Part shown: positions 52,852 to 64,000 of the stretch, piece by piece
Numbering within the stretch: the stretch's first letter is position 1
Layout: the number at the start of each line of letters is the position of its first letter
Source: Fistulifera solaris
Taxonomy: Eukaryota
DNA: 64,000 nucleotides
Assembly (NCBI GenBank): GCA_030295235.1
Contig: AP026152.1
Coordinates: 186,001-250,000 of the forward strand
Direction of reading: 5' to 3'
The notes under the pieces: generated by a model
Databases searched by the model: none
What the model was told of the DNA's origin: nothing
The model's input: the letters and a program-made list of their open reading frames with translations, nothing else
Made by a program: the position numbers and the translations under genes

Positions 52852-53968
52852 ATGTCGAACGTTATCACATTGGCAGTTCGCTATCATGCAATTATTCTGT
52901 TCTTATTGCTCCGACACGATTTTCCCCAATGCCGCGGACACGAACTGACTCTGAGAGGAGGCAATTTTGATCCGCATGACAATCACTATCACTCACACTC
53001 CTTTCATAATCATCGATCTTTGGGGGAAGAACATGTTAATGAAGATGGAATTCCTATTTGCGGCTTTCCGGACCCTCCGGAAGGTAATCTGCAGATTCTC
53101 GGTGCTTCGCATGATTCTGCTCTCCTTCGGAAAATCGCCAAGTTCTTGAAACGTCTTTGGCACGCTGATAGACATCACGACAAGAACAGAATAATTGTTC
53201 CGACTTTCTATCATATCATTCAAAGTGACACAGTTGCCGGTCCTTCTGCTGCGCGTGTCCAAGAGCAACACGATCATCTTGTGGAAGCATTCGCCCCTTA
53301 TGGTTTTTTCTTTTATTTTGAAGAACGTAACATTTACACGAAACAATGAATGGTTCGGGTACAAGGGATACAACACAATTCAAGAAAGGAGAATGAAGAC
53401 AGCCCTACGCAAAGGAGGCCCGGAATCATTAAATATCTACGTCAACAATGGGAATGGAGTCTGCGGTTATGCTTATCTTCCAAGATTCTACGCAAGCTTT
53501 CCCTGGAATGACGGGATAGTCATAAATTTTCGATGTTTCGCAGGACATACTCCATCACAAGAGGGCGATGTCGTCGTACATGAAACGGTAGGTTGTTTAT
53601 TTCTCGCTGTGTTTTCGTTGACCGTTCTCAACACAAATTCGAACATACAGGGGCACTGGTTGGGATTACTCCACACGGTAAGTTTCATTTGTACAAGCAT
53701 TCTACCGCATTGAAGCCATCTAAAATGTTTTCGTCGGTTTTTGCGCCTGAAGTATTCCGGTTGCTCTGAACCCGGCGACGGAATATCGGACACACCACTA
53801 CAAGATGGGCCCACGTTGGGCTGCCCATCAGCTCCGAAGAACTCTTGTGGCAAAGGAAATGATCTTGTAGATAACTTCATGGACTTGTCGTCGGATGTTT
53901 GTAGATCATCGTTCACTCCAGGACAGACGAAGCGAATGGTGGAGGAATGGGTCCGGTATCGCTCTTGA
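52852..53968 (+). CDS. Secreted M43 zinc metalloprotease, copy B (tandem paralog); +1 frameshift at 53304-53309; introns 53588-53650 and 53678-53752
   Basis: Same architecture as copy A: HET|GHWLGLLHT, DGISDTP, NFMDLS. Confidence 0.88.
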
Positions 53969-54397
53969 TGAAAATATATGGCGAATGTGCACAATTGCCC
54001 TACTCTCTTCATTCACTAAGTGGATCATAAAAATGTTCGTCGACATGCCAATGTATTTTCTAGAGTCTCTAGCTTGTATCTAGCGAGTCTTTAGGGCGTC
54101 CCCACTTCACTCGTGACTCGCTACGCCGACTGGATCAATAGCAAGCAGCTCTTACTGGTACCCACTTTACTTTCTCTGCATAGCACATATCGGTTGAGCG
54201 GTACTGAACGTCATGGTACAAAAACACTCAAATCGCAAACTTCGAACGTCACATTTTCGGCGGCAGCAGAAAATAACGAGATGTAGGACGATACGAAGAA
54301 AAGTAATGACAATGGAGGTGTTAACATTTCGCACTTGGTGTTCGGTTGGTGTGAGCGACATTGGCGTCCGGAACTTACGAAACAGTTGTAATCCCTG

Positions 54398-55159
54398 ATG
54401 CGAAACTCCCTGTCAACAACACTTTTCTTGGCATTTATTGCCGCAGCTACAGCTTTCCATGCCTCATCACTCAAGAGAAAATTGAAGTATTCAGCGCACT
54501 TTTCATCGTCACGTGAATTAGAACTAGCACTGGAGCATGATGACGACGACACGGCTCGCTCATCCTTTGGCACAAAGTCATATTGGGACGATGTTTATAG
54601 CGGCCGTGGTGACTTTCCTGCTGACGAATATTCTTGGTACTTCGGGTGGGAAACATTGGGACGACACGTTCAACGATATCTGCCTCTAATGACTCCCAAA
54701 GGAGAGCTGACAGACATTCTGATTCCAGGTATTGGAAATGACCCAATTTTGATCGATCTAATTCGTGCCGGTTATCGTAATATTACGGCACAAGATTATT
54801 CCACGGCAGCAATAGATCGACAACATGATCTTTTATGGTCCGAGCCCCAGTCAATGACGCAAGATATCGACTTGTGCGTTGGGAACGTGAAACGTCTGCC
54901 GCCAGAATGGGCTGGTAGGTTTGACGGTGTGATCGAAAAAGGTTTGTTGGATGCAGTTTATCTCTCTGGAGACGGGCAAGTGGAAATAGCTGCCGAAGAA
55001 CTGCATCGGGTAATGTCAGCGGGCGCTATCCTTATCAGCGTTTCTGGTGTAGTTCCACACGATTTGAGAACGCGCATGTTTTCAGGGGATCGGTGGATTT
55101 GGTTGCGCAACGGAAACGATGATCTAAAGGCCGGATGCTTCGTTTTACAAAAGAAATAG
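54398..55159 (+). CDS. Class I SAM-dependent methyltransferase (EEF1AKMT4/METTL13-like), probably plastid-targeted
   Basis: FGTKSYWDDVY, YSWY, ILIPGIGN, DYS..AI, FDGVIEKGLLDAV; signal peptide followed by ATAFHA. Confidence 0.8.
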   Translation: MRNSLSTTLFLAFIAAATAFHASSLKRKLKYSAHFSSSRELELALEHDDDDTARSSFGTKSYWDDVYSGRGDFPADEYSWYFGWETLGRHVQRYLPLMTPKGELTDILIPGIGNDPILIDLIRAGYRNITAQDYSTAAIDRQHDLLWSEPQSMTQDIDLCVGNVKRLPPEWAGRFDGVIEKGLLDAVYLSGDGQVEIAAEELHRVMSAGAILISVSGVVPHDLRTRMFSGDRWIWLRNGNDDLKAGCFVLQKK

Positions 55160-56100
55160 ATTCGTTCCTTTCCTAGCTACACGACTTCGAACGTGGATAG
55201 CTCGACCCATGATCCGTGATATCAGCTTAAACGCAAGCTTGCACAAACTGTTATCCCTGCAACCCTAACATTGTTCTATGCACACAAGTAATCCGCTTGT
55301 TGAATAAAAAAGTCGCTAAGAAAGACTACTTCTCTAACTAGATATCCACGGATAATCTACGATGCACTCGTTCCTTTCTTGTCAATTAGTATCGATGGTT
55401 GTACTGCTCTTTGTGATCCTCATGATCAGCCCACGACAACACGTAGTAAGTGCCCGCAGCGGTGCCGATCGGCCAGAGCCAAGTAGCAAAACGATCGACA
55501 ACCTTTTTGGGGAAAGTAGGGATCCAGGGCGAAATAGTGTTCAATAAATAAGGAGAAACGTGCATGGTGACCTATTTAATCAGCAATTAAACATAGAAGT
55601 CATTAGAATAAGTTTCGCAGCAGACCAACGTCAACGTAAAAAACCCTTACCTCCGCTTCGGCGTGACGTTTCTTTCCCCACCATTTGGTCATAGCCATTG
55701 GGTGCGCCTCCTTGAGAGCGAGGAGTGTTCGAGTTCGTGAAAACGCAGCCGACATGATGAATAACAAAGCAAACACAAAGGATTTCCAATAGATGCTTCA
55801 ACCACAAACCGCTTTTGTTGCTATCGTTCGCTTTTCGCTGTTTTGCTGTTTATATAACAACTCGCGTCGACGCGGTGAGTACTCCCTTGGTTATATAACT
55901 GATCGTAGCGGTTCTCATACCGTCTCTTACGTAGTAGAAAGTACGGGGCACGTGGTCAATCATTCAATGATGAAAATGATGACGTAATGACACAATCTAC
56001 GGAACGACGGTCAGTCCTCTCACGCAAAACGCAAACAGCCGCAAGAAGTAAAAAAATGCAACAAAAATACAAAGTCGATGTTTCTTTTTTGCCAGCTACG

Positions 56101-56964
56101 ATGTCACATAGATCTTGTTTCCGAGACGATTTATTCAAAGATAAAGTGGCTTTGGTTACTGGCGGCGGAACAGGGATTGGGAAGGCCATTGCGTGGGAGC
56201 TCGCATCGCTCGGTGCGAAAGTTGTGATAGCAAGTCGGAGTGTTGAAAAGTGTCAAGCTGCTGCGGAAGAATTAAACAATCGACGACCATCTGGGCAAGT
56301 CATAGTAGGCCCGTCCACAAGTATTCGGAATGGGGATGAAATAGCTCAACTTGTGGCGTTCGTAATACAGAAATTCGGGTCGATTCACCTGCTAGTGAAT
56401 AATGCAGGAGGACAGTTTCTATCACCGGCGGAAAATTTAAGTCAGAAGGGATTTTCAGCTGTCGTTGAAACAAACTTGACCGGCACATTCCTTTGTTGTC
56501 GGGAAGCTTATAACCAGTATATGGCTGAACACGGGGGCTCGATTGTCAATATTACTTTGGGGAATCGCAATGGCATGCCCTTAATGAGCCATTCAGGAGC
56601 TTCTCGCGCCGGCGTTGAAAATCTGACAGCTACACTCTGCACTGAATGGATCGAATCTGGCGTAAGGATTAACTGCGTTCGGCCGGGTATCATTTACACA
56701 GAATCAGGTTTTGAAAACTATGGCGACGCCGCTGAAGAGTTTATGGCCAAGATACTACCATCCATTCCTGCCAAGCGATTAGGAACAGCTGAAGAGATAA
56801 GCTCTGCTGTAGTTTGGCTACTCAGTGAAGGTGCGAGTTACGTCACTGGTATGACAATAGCGGTCGATGGTGGTAGCGCTTACACGTTCTTGCCGTTGGT
56901 GGAGACATCTAACAAGTCTCACCTGTCTGTGTACGGGCTTCTACCTCCTAAAGCTAAGCTTTGA
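56101..56964 (+). CDS. PECR: Peroxisomal trans-2-enoyl-CoA reductase-like short-chain dehydrogenase
   Basis: TGGGTGIG, LVNNAGGQF, HSGASRAGVENL, INCVRPG; C-terminal PTS1 AKL. Confidence 0.82.
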   Translation: MSHRSCFRDDLFKDKVALVTGGGTGIGKAIAWELASLGAKVVIASRSVEKCQAAAEELNNRRPSGQVIVGPSTSIRNGDEIAQLVAFVIQKFGSIHLLVNNAGGQFLSPAENLSQKGFSAVVETNLTGTFLCCREAYNQYMAEHGGSIVNITLGNRNGMPLMSHSGASRAGVENLTATLCTEWIESGVRINCVRPGIIYTESGFENYGDAAEEFMAKILPSIPAKRLGTAEEISSAVVWLLSEGASYVTGMTIAVDGGSAYTFLPLVETSNKSHLSVYGLLPPKAKL

Positions 56965-57037
56965 GCCTTATTGAATCTTGCTCATTTAGTTACAAACCAA
57001 GCGTTTGACAAACAAAACATAACATTGTACGATGGAA

Positions 57038-58201
57038 TTACTCTTTAAGCTTCACTACCTTGAATCCATTGTGAAACTGTGTCGTTTCTTTCTTGTAAGT
57101 CGGCCATTGTTCTTCTGGTCGTATCAACCGTTGACTATACTCCTTCTTTGTTGCTTCGATAGACTTGCCGGTCTTGGGATCTAGCTGGGCCTCTGGGTTA
57201 ACGCGGTCCTTGGGATTGTAATCACTGCGAAAAATCGATTCAGCATCGAGTTAAATAAAAAGCAAACATGCTTCATCAAACTTACCGAAACGTCCCAAAC
57301 ACTTTATCCCAGAACATTGTATACTGACCGTAGTTGCTTTGGGGAATTCGATGATGTACATCATGAACTTTCGAGTCATAGATCGTTACGCCCATGAATG
57401 AAATAACGATATCGTGTCTTGTATGATTTAGTGCAGCAAGCATTCCACCAATTCCCAAGAAAACAACACTGGTGATCCCGTGAACTGGAACCACAAAGGA
57501 TTGACAAAACCATAAAGCCAGTAAATGATTGTATTCGCCGAGTATGTACTCAATGGGGTGTACATTGATGGCATCAACAGCAGCACGACTCGGAGCTTTT
57601 TGATGATGATGGTGTTTATGAATGTATCCGTAGATTCTGGGTACATGTAGTGCCCAGTGCAGTAACGTGTAAACAAAGTCGAATGCGATAAACAAGGCAA
57701 TCAAAGCTAATAGTGTGTTTGTTGCAGAAACCTCCGTCAACTTCCACGGGCAACGACGTGCCGCGAATGAAAGGTAAAAGTAGGTAAAGGGGCAGTGTTG
57801 GCCTTGCTAAAGCCAATGTAAATGACATCGCGAGCTGTGAAATAGTCCAGATGCTTTCCACGGACAGGTATTTGTTTTGATTTCCACCAAACTGCAACAA
57901 CTTATCAGAAAGAAATGCGGCTGAAATCGGAACGCACACACGCCGCGCTTGACGTACCTCCCCAGTTTTTGGCGATATGATCCAGTCCTTCAAAAGCAGC
58001 AGTCACCGAGATACCTAATAACAGCAGATCGATCGTCGTCATGCCCTGTGGAAACTGAAGCAAGCGCTCGAAAAAATTTAGCGCATTACTGGCTGTCGCG
58101 CTCGTTTCTGCCCGAACATGATACGCCGTCACAAGCAAAAAACCGGCTAGAAATGATCCAGCAGACACTATTCTATAAACACGCCCTGATATGCTCGTCA
58201 T
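57038..58201 (-). CDS. Fatty acid hydroxylase/sterol desaturase family protein; introns 57957-57892 and 57285-57225; indel near 57786
   Basis: His boxes YTLLHWALH, IHKHHH, NVHP.E, NHT, HDVHH..NYGQY..WDKVFGT. Confidence 0.85.
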
Positions 58202-58562
58202 GATGTTTGAAGGAGCACGATAACGGAAGTCTAGTTAAAATTTCTTAGGTAGCAATAACAACCAATGATAACAACAACCAAGAGCATTTTTTTTCGTCTC
58301 GTCGTGCGCGGTTCTCGTTGCGGTACCTGCACAATCGTACTGGTAATCAAAAAATACCGTCTGACCTCTGACTCACACTTTTCGCTAGAGCTTAAAACCG
58401 CTCCGATAAAACCACATTTTGCATGCAACATTTTTGTTCGACGCGACTTTTGCTAGTCTAGTTTCCATTCAATAGCATCCTTTCCTCATCATTGTCTTGC
58501 TGGTCTCTTTCAACGAGATAAGGCAAGAAATAAAGACATATTTGTATACAGGAATACAAAGA

Positions 58563-60242
58563 ATGAGCGACAAAATACTAGATCATGATGACAGTGCTAA
58601 GGAGGAGACCGAAGAGGAAGAAGCCCTTGAAGACCTTTTCTTACGCCACAAATTTCAAAATTATGCGTTTCCATGGAATATTTTGAACGAAGCTGGATGG
58701 ATTTACCACAGCGATTCCGGTTACAAGGCACCAACTGGTCGATCTTTCAAGACAGGGAAAGACGTAGTGGATTTCCTAGATTATCACGCTATACCAGATG
58801 TGTACAGCAACCTCCAATCGATCGCGAAACCGGAATACGAAGCGTCGGAAGAGCAAATACAACTGCGGCGTGACTTGATCCAAATTATGTACCGCAAGAC
58901 TAAACGCAGAAGTTTAGGCGGGAAGGATCAAGGAAGTGACACCCATTCAATTTCTTCAGTTTCGCGAATGAGTGCAAGCGTCGACGACATGAGAGCCACT
59001 TCGCGACGGTCCACTCGAAACCGCGTCTCTGAACGTTCGACTGTTACAAGTCCTGTTGCCGACCAAAGCGCGGAACTGTATATGACTAAAAATTCAAAGC
59101 GTGGAAAAAAGCAAGCTTCGTATTCAGCGCTAAATTCGAACGAGCCAATCAATTTTCCTTCCCTCGAGAAATGTCGGCAAATCAGTCGCGAACACCAGGG
59201 ACTTGAACTAGATGCTATTCAATCGGAACTCGAACGAAATTTCGACGAGTGGCGGTTCTTGCTTACCACAAATCACAATCTACTTTTCTTCGGTGCCGGT
59301 TCGAAGGAGAAATTGCTGCACAGCTTTGGAGAAAAGTCATTGTCTGAGGAAGGTTACGTGTTACTGATTGATGGCTTTGCCAAAGATGTGTCCGTAACTG
59401 CGATTTTGGACTTATTTGTCAAGATATTTTTGAACGGCAAGGAACCGGGACCATCTAGCGCGGTGCCTAGAGACGACTGTGAAATCTTACTTGCTGACAT
59501 TTCCAACCCTTGGCAAGCGCATCCGCTAGTTGAGAGAGCAATCAACATATCGAGGGCCATTGCCTATGATGCCATGGAAACGCTCGAGCCGGTATTTCTG
59601 ATAATCCACAACATTGAAGGCGAAGGACTTCGGACGGATGTTTCGCAAGAAGCACTTGCTGCGCTGTCTGTCAATAGCCGAGTGGCAAATGGTACAGCAT
59701 CGATCCGTATAATTGCGAGTATTGATGATGTTGATTGCTCCTACAAGCTCTGGCGATTACCGGTGATGGCGAGTTTCTCGTGGATATGGAAGGAGGTGCA
59801 CGCGTACCGACCCTACGACAACGAATTTGTCATGCTAGAAACTGATGAACAGCAACAGAAAGCGAAAGGAAAGGCAGCCAAGACGGCGCAGGCGCAAATT
59901 GCTGAAACGAAAAAGGCGAGAGTATTAAGTATTATTGGTTCCATGGCACCCAAACATGCTGAGATATTGCAAATACTGGCTCAACTACAGCTGCAGCAAC
60001 TACACGTTGATCAAGACAAAGAAGGCTGGGTCGAATTCTCTTCGTTTCGTGATCAGTGTAAGAAAAAGTATATCATAACTAAGGATCACCAGCTTGACCC
60101 ATTCTTGACCGAGCTCGGTGACCATCGATTGATTCAGAAGAAAATCATCAAAGGGGTCAACTACATATCTATCCCGCATGGTCATGAGGAACTCAAAAGA
60201 TTGTTGCTTACGACGTCAAGAGTCGGAAAATGTAAATTGTAG
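58563..60242 (+). CDS. ORC2: Origin recognition complex subunit 2
   Basis: FDEW.FLL..NLLFFGAGSKEKLL, LIIHNIEG, IIASID, PY..E, L.ELGDH.LI. Confidence 0.85.
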   Translation: MSDKILDHDDSAKEETEEEEALEDLFLRHKFQNYAFPWNILNEAGWIYHSDSGYKAPTGRSFKTGKDVVDFLDYHAIPDVYSNLQSIAKPEYEASEEQIQLRRDLIQIMYRKTKRRSLGGKDQGSDTHSISSVSRMSASVDDMRATSRRSTRNRVSERSTVTSPVADQSAELYMTKNSKRGKKQASYSALNSNEPINFPSLEKCRQISREHQGLELDAIQSELERNFDEWRFLLTTNHNLLFFGAGSKEKLLHSFGEKSLSEEGYVLLIDGFAKDVSVTAILDLFVKIFLNGKEPGPSSAVPRDDCEILLADISNPWQAHPLVERAINISRAIAYDAMETLEPVFLIIHNIEGEGLRTDVSQEALAALSVNSRVANGTASIRIIASIDDVDCSYKLWRLPVMASFSWIWKEVHAYRPYDNEFVMLETDEQQQKAKGKAAKTAQAQIAETKKARVLSIIGSMAPKHAEILQILAQLQLQQLHVDQDKEGWVEFSSFRDQCKKKYIITKDHQLDPFLTELGDHRLIQKKIIKGVNYISIPHGHEELKRLLLTTSRVGKCKL

Positions 60243-62398
60243 CTATGGCAAACCTATTTCTATAGTGCAGCATAATTGGCCAGGATACAGAGAGGCACTT
60301 GATCAAAGCAAGCTTCTGCAATTTCGCATCCGATGCAATCTCTCGGATTGCATCTTACCAGGTAAATACTTTGTTTGTGTTGCTGAAAAGCACAAAACGC
60401 AAGGTAATAACGTAAGAAAATGACCTCTTAGCTGAGTGACATGATGCGGACAAACACCATATAAAACAAAGCAGCTTGAAGAGAAAGAACCAACGGCGGC
60501 CTTAGCAGCATCAGCGATATAACTGAACCAGCAGGCAGCGTACAAATTTTAAAGCAATACAATATATTTTCTAAAAGTCCACGGCATCGCTTCATCCACT
60601 CGATAGAAAATGACTTCCATCTGCTTAATAAGTTACATCCTACGCTTTTTTGTTGCAACTAACTTGCCCCTTCATCTTATTATCTAACTGAAAAGTGTAA
60701 CCCTTCAGGTATTTGACTTATTGATTTCAAAGCCCAAGAAGGCTCCCTATCAGTTTAGGGTGTACGAGTAATTATTATCAGATTTCTGACGTTAGAAGGT
60801 TGATCACTTCTGTCATTGAGCTCCCGTATTATAAACTCATAAAAGCTTGTTCTACACCGAGGAAGTTTTTCGCTTAATGCACAGCCAATTTTCCATCAAA
60901 AATCTGTGTAAGTTTCACCGATCATCCTTGTACTTTGTATCGTGTATCATAGTTGCCAATCTACAACTTGTTTAAAACAAAATGATACTGAGAGCCAGCT
61001 ACAAGAGATGCATATACTTTGAATGTCAAAAACGAAGCAATCTTTCGGCTAGATTGTTCTGAGATACTTTCCGATGCCCACCTTATTTTTTAAGATCAAC
61101 CGCAAACTATCGCTATCAATTAGAAAACGGCTATTGAATGTGCGATTCGCGACAAGTAAGGCTCGTCGAAGTGCCTTACTTGGAGGAAAAGGAAGCTAGA
61201 GTAAAATTTCAATTGAACCGATTTAAATGGCTCATTGTTCAATGTTTTAAACTCAAATCGGTGACGATGATTCTTGATCGACAGCTTCATCGCAATCTGT
61301 CACTTTAAACTTTTTCTGACCCTGGTAAGATGACAAGTGGAAAGCACTATAGTCAATATGTCCTTCAACGATTGCCTGGATTTTTAACGGAAAGATGGTC
61401 GGGTGGTAAATGTTACATAACGTTAAAAACTTTGATTGGTTTTCTAGAAATATCAATATGTTTGCAATCCTCTATTGAACGCTACACATCATTCTTTCTC
61501 ACAGACCGTTTCTTTTCTTCTTGTTCACTTGCACTAATATATTCATCGCCATCCAAAAGCCTGACAAACCTATCCACATTCTTCTGCTTCCATCAAAGTC
61601 TCCTGCGGTGCGAGCCTTTTTTTGCCTTGGTTTCCCCAAACAATCGCACAATAGGCTGACCTTGGATTTAATCGTCAGTTCCTGTGAGACGTTAAAGTCG
61701 GCAAGACAGAACAAGTTGTTGCAATGGGAGGATAAACATACTTTTGATTAAGCATATTCGACAAAATACTTTCACAACAGCAATGTAAGTAAAAAATAAA
61801 AATACATCATTTTGAAGGATCCTCGTGCTACGTTAAATTGAGAAAGAAATGAAACTCTATATAATTGAGCGAAGGTTGTTTCAATAATAGGTTGATTAAA
61901 CACGAATATACCGAGGACTGAACGGTTTTAACCAAGACTTTTTAGTTAAATCTGAGCACGCTTTCAAAAAAAATTGGACTGATCGCTCTGTTACCGTCGT
62001 GGAATTGATCGTGGTTTTCAAAGACATCTCTCCCGAGTTGGTAAGATCTATTTTTATCGTAAAATCGCCCTTGACAAATATTATCGAAAAATAGAATTTT
62101 GAGAAAACTATTCGTTGTTCTGTTGAAAATCTAGTTGACTTCCAAGCTCCAGATAATCGATGAAATACATGCTAAGGAAGTTATTAAGTCACAGGTAGAT
62201 TAATTGTTCTCATTTGAAAGTCTCCAAGAATGATTGTTATGCCAAAACGAAAATAAATGTTTTGCTCAAGTAGGAGAGACGTCCTTAGCTTATGGTGCTG
62301 CATGCGATTTATCATAATAAGATTGTAAACATGCGAGGCACAATCGTTAGTCAAATGAATGGGATCCTTGTTTATGAGTTTCACTTGTAGGTGATTTT

Positions 62399-62763
62399 AA
62401 TAGCTAACGTGGGTTAGCGAGCGGTTGTCTATACCGGAAATACCGTGAAAGTATTAAGCTAGATATTGATTATACGCGGTTACCTGCAACTCGCGTACTG
62501 CATTGGCTGTATCAGCCAGAAATCATTTAGCCAGTCATGTCGGACGGTAAGCTGGGAATGTATTTCAATTAAAGGGATTCCAATAGCTAATGTGGGTTAA
62601 TAACAGTTGTCTATACCGGAAAAACCATACGTGGTAACCTGTCACGCGAGTACTGCATCGGCTAAACCATCATCTTGAACGTGGGGGTGTAGCGAAGAAC
62701 CAGACATCATTAAGGCGATGATGTCGGACGGTTAGCTGGGAATGTAGTTCAATTAAAGAGATT
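62399..62763. repeat. Two imperfect tandem copies of a unit of about 185 bp
   Basis: Blocks TAGCTAAyGTGGGTTA, GTTGTCTATACCGGAAA, GTACTGCAT.GGCT and ATGTCGGACGGT.AGCTGGGAATGTA.TTCAATTAAAG.GATT each occur twice in the same order. Confidence 0.85.
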
Positions 62764-63395
62764 TAACTGTTGGAGGAAAAGGCGTCCTTGTCTACCTTTT
62801 CATCGGACAAGTCGTGGAATTTGCTGGACCTGTGGTTGAATATGCGGGACTTGCAGGCGGGCAAAAGGCGAAGTTGGGAAAAATCTCCTGGCCTAAAATG
62901 CAGGGTTTTCAGACGAGGTTTGCAGAAGTAGTAAAACAAGCAGGCTATGTTTGGCTGTATCCAAGGATTTTTCCTCGGTTGAGGGCCGGATTTTGAGCTT
63001 TCATTCGATTGTGTCCTCGAGCTGGAACAAGTCGTCGTGCAATAGGATATCGGCTTCTCTAGAGTTGAATTTTGAAAAGGGTGGCGTTGAGACACGTTAA
63101 ACCTTGCTGGAGATTATTACTACTACTTGTACAAGGAGCTTTTTGAAGGCTCTATTTTGCCGCCATGGCGACAAGGTTAAGGTTACTGCTTTTAAGACGG
63201 ACGAGGACACGGAGCGAGCGAGTGAGCGAGGCCGTGCGGCTTCATTCTTCACACGATGCGAAAACACATTTTGAACTATCCACGTTGGAGGGGGTTTTCA
63301 AGTAATCCTGTCGAAAAATAACACGATGCGAAAACACTCGATTGAAATTAAGTCATTTAAGCAACACAAGCGCAAAACAAAAATCATTTTCTTCG

Positions 63396-64000
63396 ATGAC
63401 AGAAACGTCCGCTGCAATGCCGCGTCGCCCCAACTCGCCCGGCCTTCTCCGCGATTACCACCGCCAGCTTGTGTCTTTCCTTTTTGATGTCGCCGTCATA
63501 CGTCATATCCGCATGTGTGTTCTTAGCGAAAAAGTCTACTTTTTCCGTCTCTGTAACCAGCAGTCTCTTCGCAGTTGCGATAGGTAGTTTTCTGTGGACG
63601 TTTACCGACGGCACTTTTTCGTGGTTCCCTTACTTTGCTCCGCAACGTCCTTATGACGAAGGTGATTTGATCGAAATAGACCCTATCGAGCCCTGTATTA
63701 GCCCCTGTAAAAGAAAAAACCTGGCGTGTTGTCCTCTGTAATTCCATTCGTACGGATCTCAGGAACATTTCCAGCGGTGTGTACGTAAGCTGGCCCAACG
63801 ATGGTCTTGCGAAGTGTCGATTAATTTATTGGAGTCGTCGAACCGAAACGAAATTTCAAATTGTTTTACTGGTTCCAGAACTTACATGCAACGATCGACT
63901 AAAGAAATTTCATGGAAAAATTATGCATTTTTTAAATGAGAACTCTTGCGAGTGGTTTCCGCTTGATACCGTTCACGGACAGTCTCGTCACGGTGAAAGA
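63396..64000 (+). CDS. Miniature MscS-like protein, copy 8, 3'-truncated by the window edge; indels near 63541 and 63718
   Basis: MTETSAA start as in copy 7; RPYDEGDLIEID..TWRVV..RTDL..SG..WPNDGLA..YWSR..FLNENSCEWFP across three frames. Confidence 0.68.

Noticed and set aside
61330..61659. WSGGKCYITL as a hAT transposase fragment
   Set aside because: Too short; no other transposase motifs or terminal inverted repeats seen

Overview
Eukaryotic, gene-dense genomic DNA with short GT-AG introns and bipartite plastid-targeting presequences, most consistent with a pennate diatom (Fistulifera-like, by inference). It carries housekeeping genes (RUVBL2, asd, AsnRS, NDOR1, TOP2, CHCHD2, Cbp3/UQCC1, rubredoxin, BCKDHB, bZIP, ClpS, Na+/H+ exchanger, TMEM94, PECR-like SDR, ORC2 and others). 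About two dozen single-base indels, mostly in homopolymers and also in essential genes, split many ORFs and look like assembly errors. The standout feature is a family of eight highly diverged, miniature MscS-like (mechanosensitive channel) genes: seven between 24.2 and 39.3 kb and one at 63.4 kb. The seven clustered copies share one intron position, and five share an exact upstream 12-mer (CCATTCACATCA). They fall into a membrane-anchored type and a type with no transmembrane segment, and close paralogs show hypervariable patches. Other oddities are two tandem M43 metalloproteases with the same +1 frameshift and a 27-nt zinc-site micro-exon, a scrambled pseudogene duplicate flanking one MscS-like copy, and an AT-rich gene-free tract near the right end. 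All assignments come from reading motifs by eye; no searches were run.
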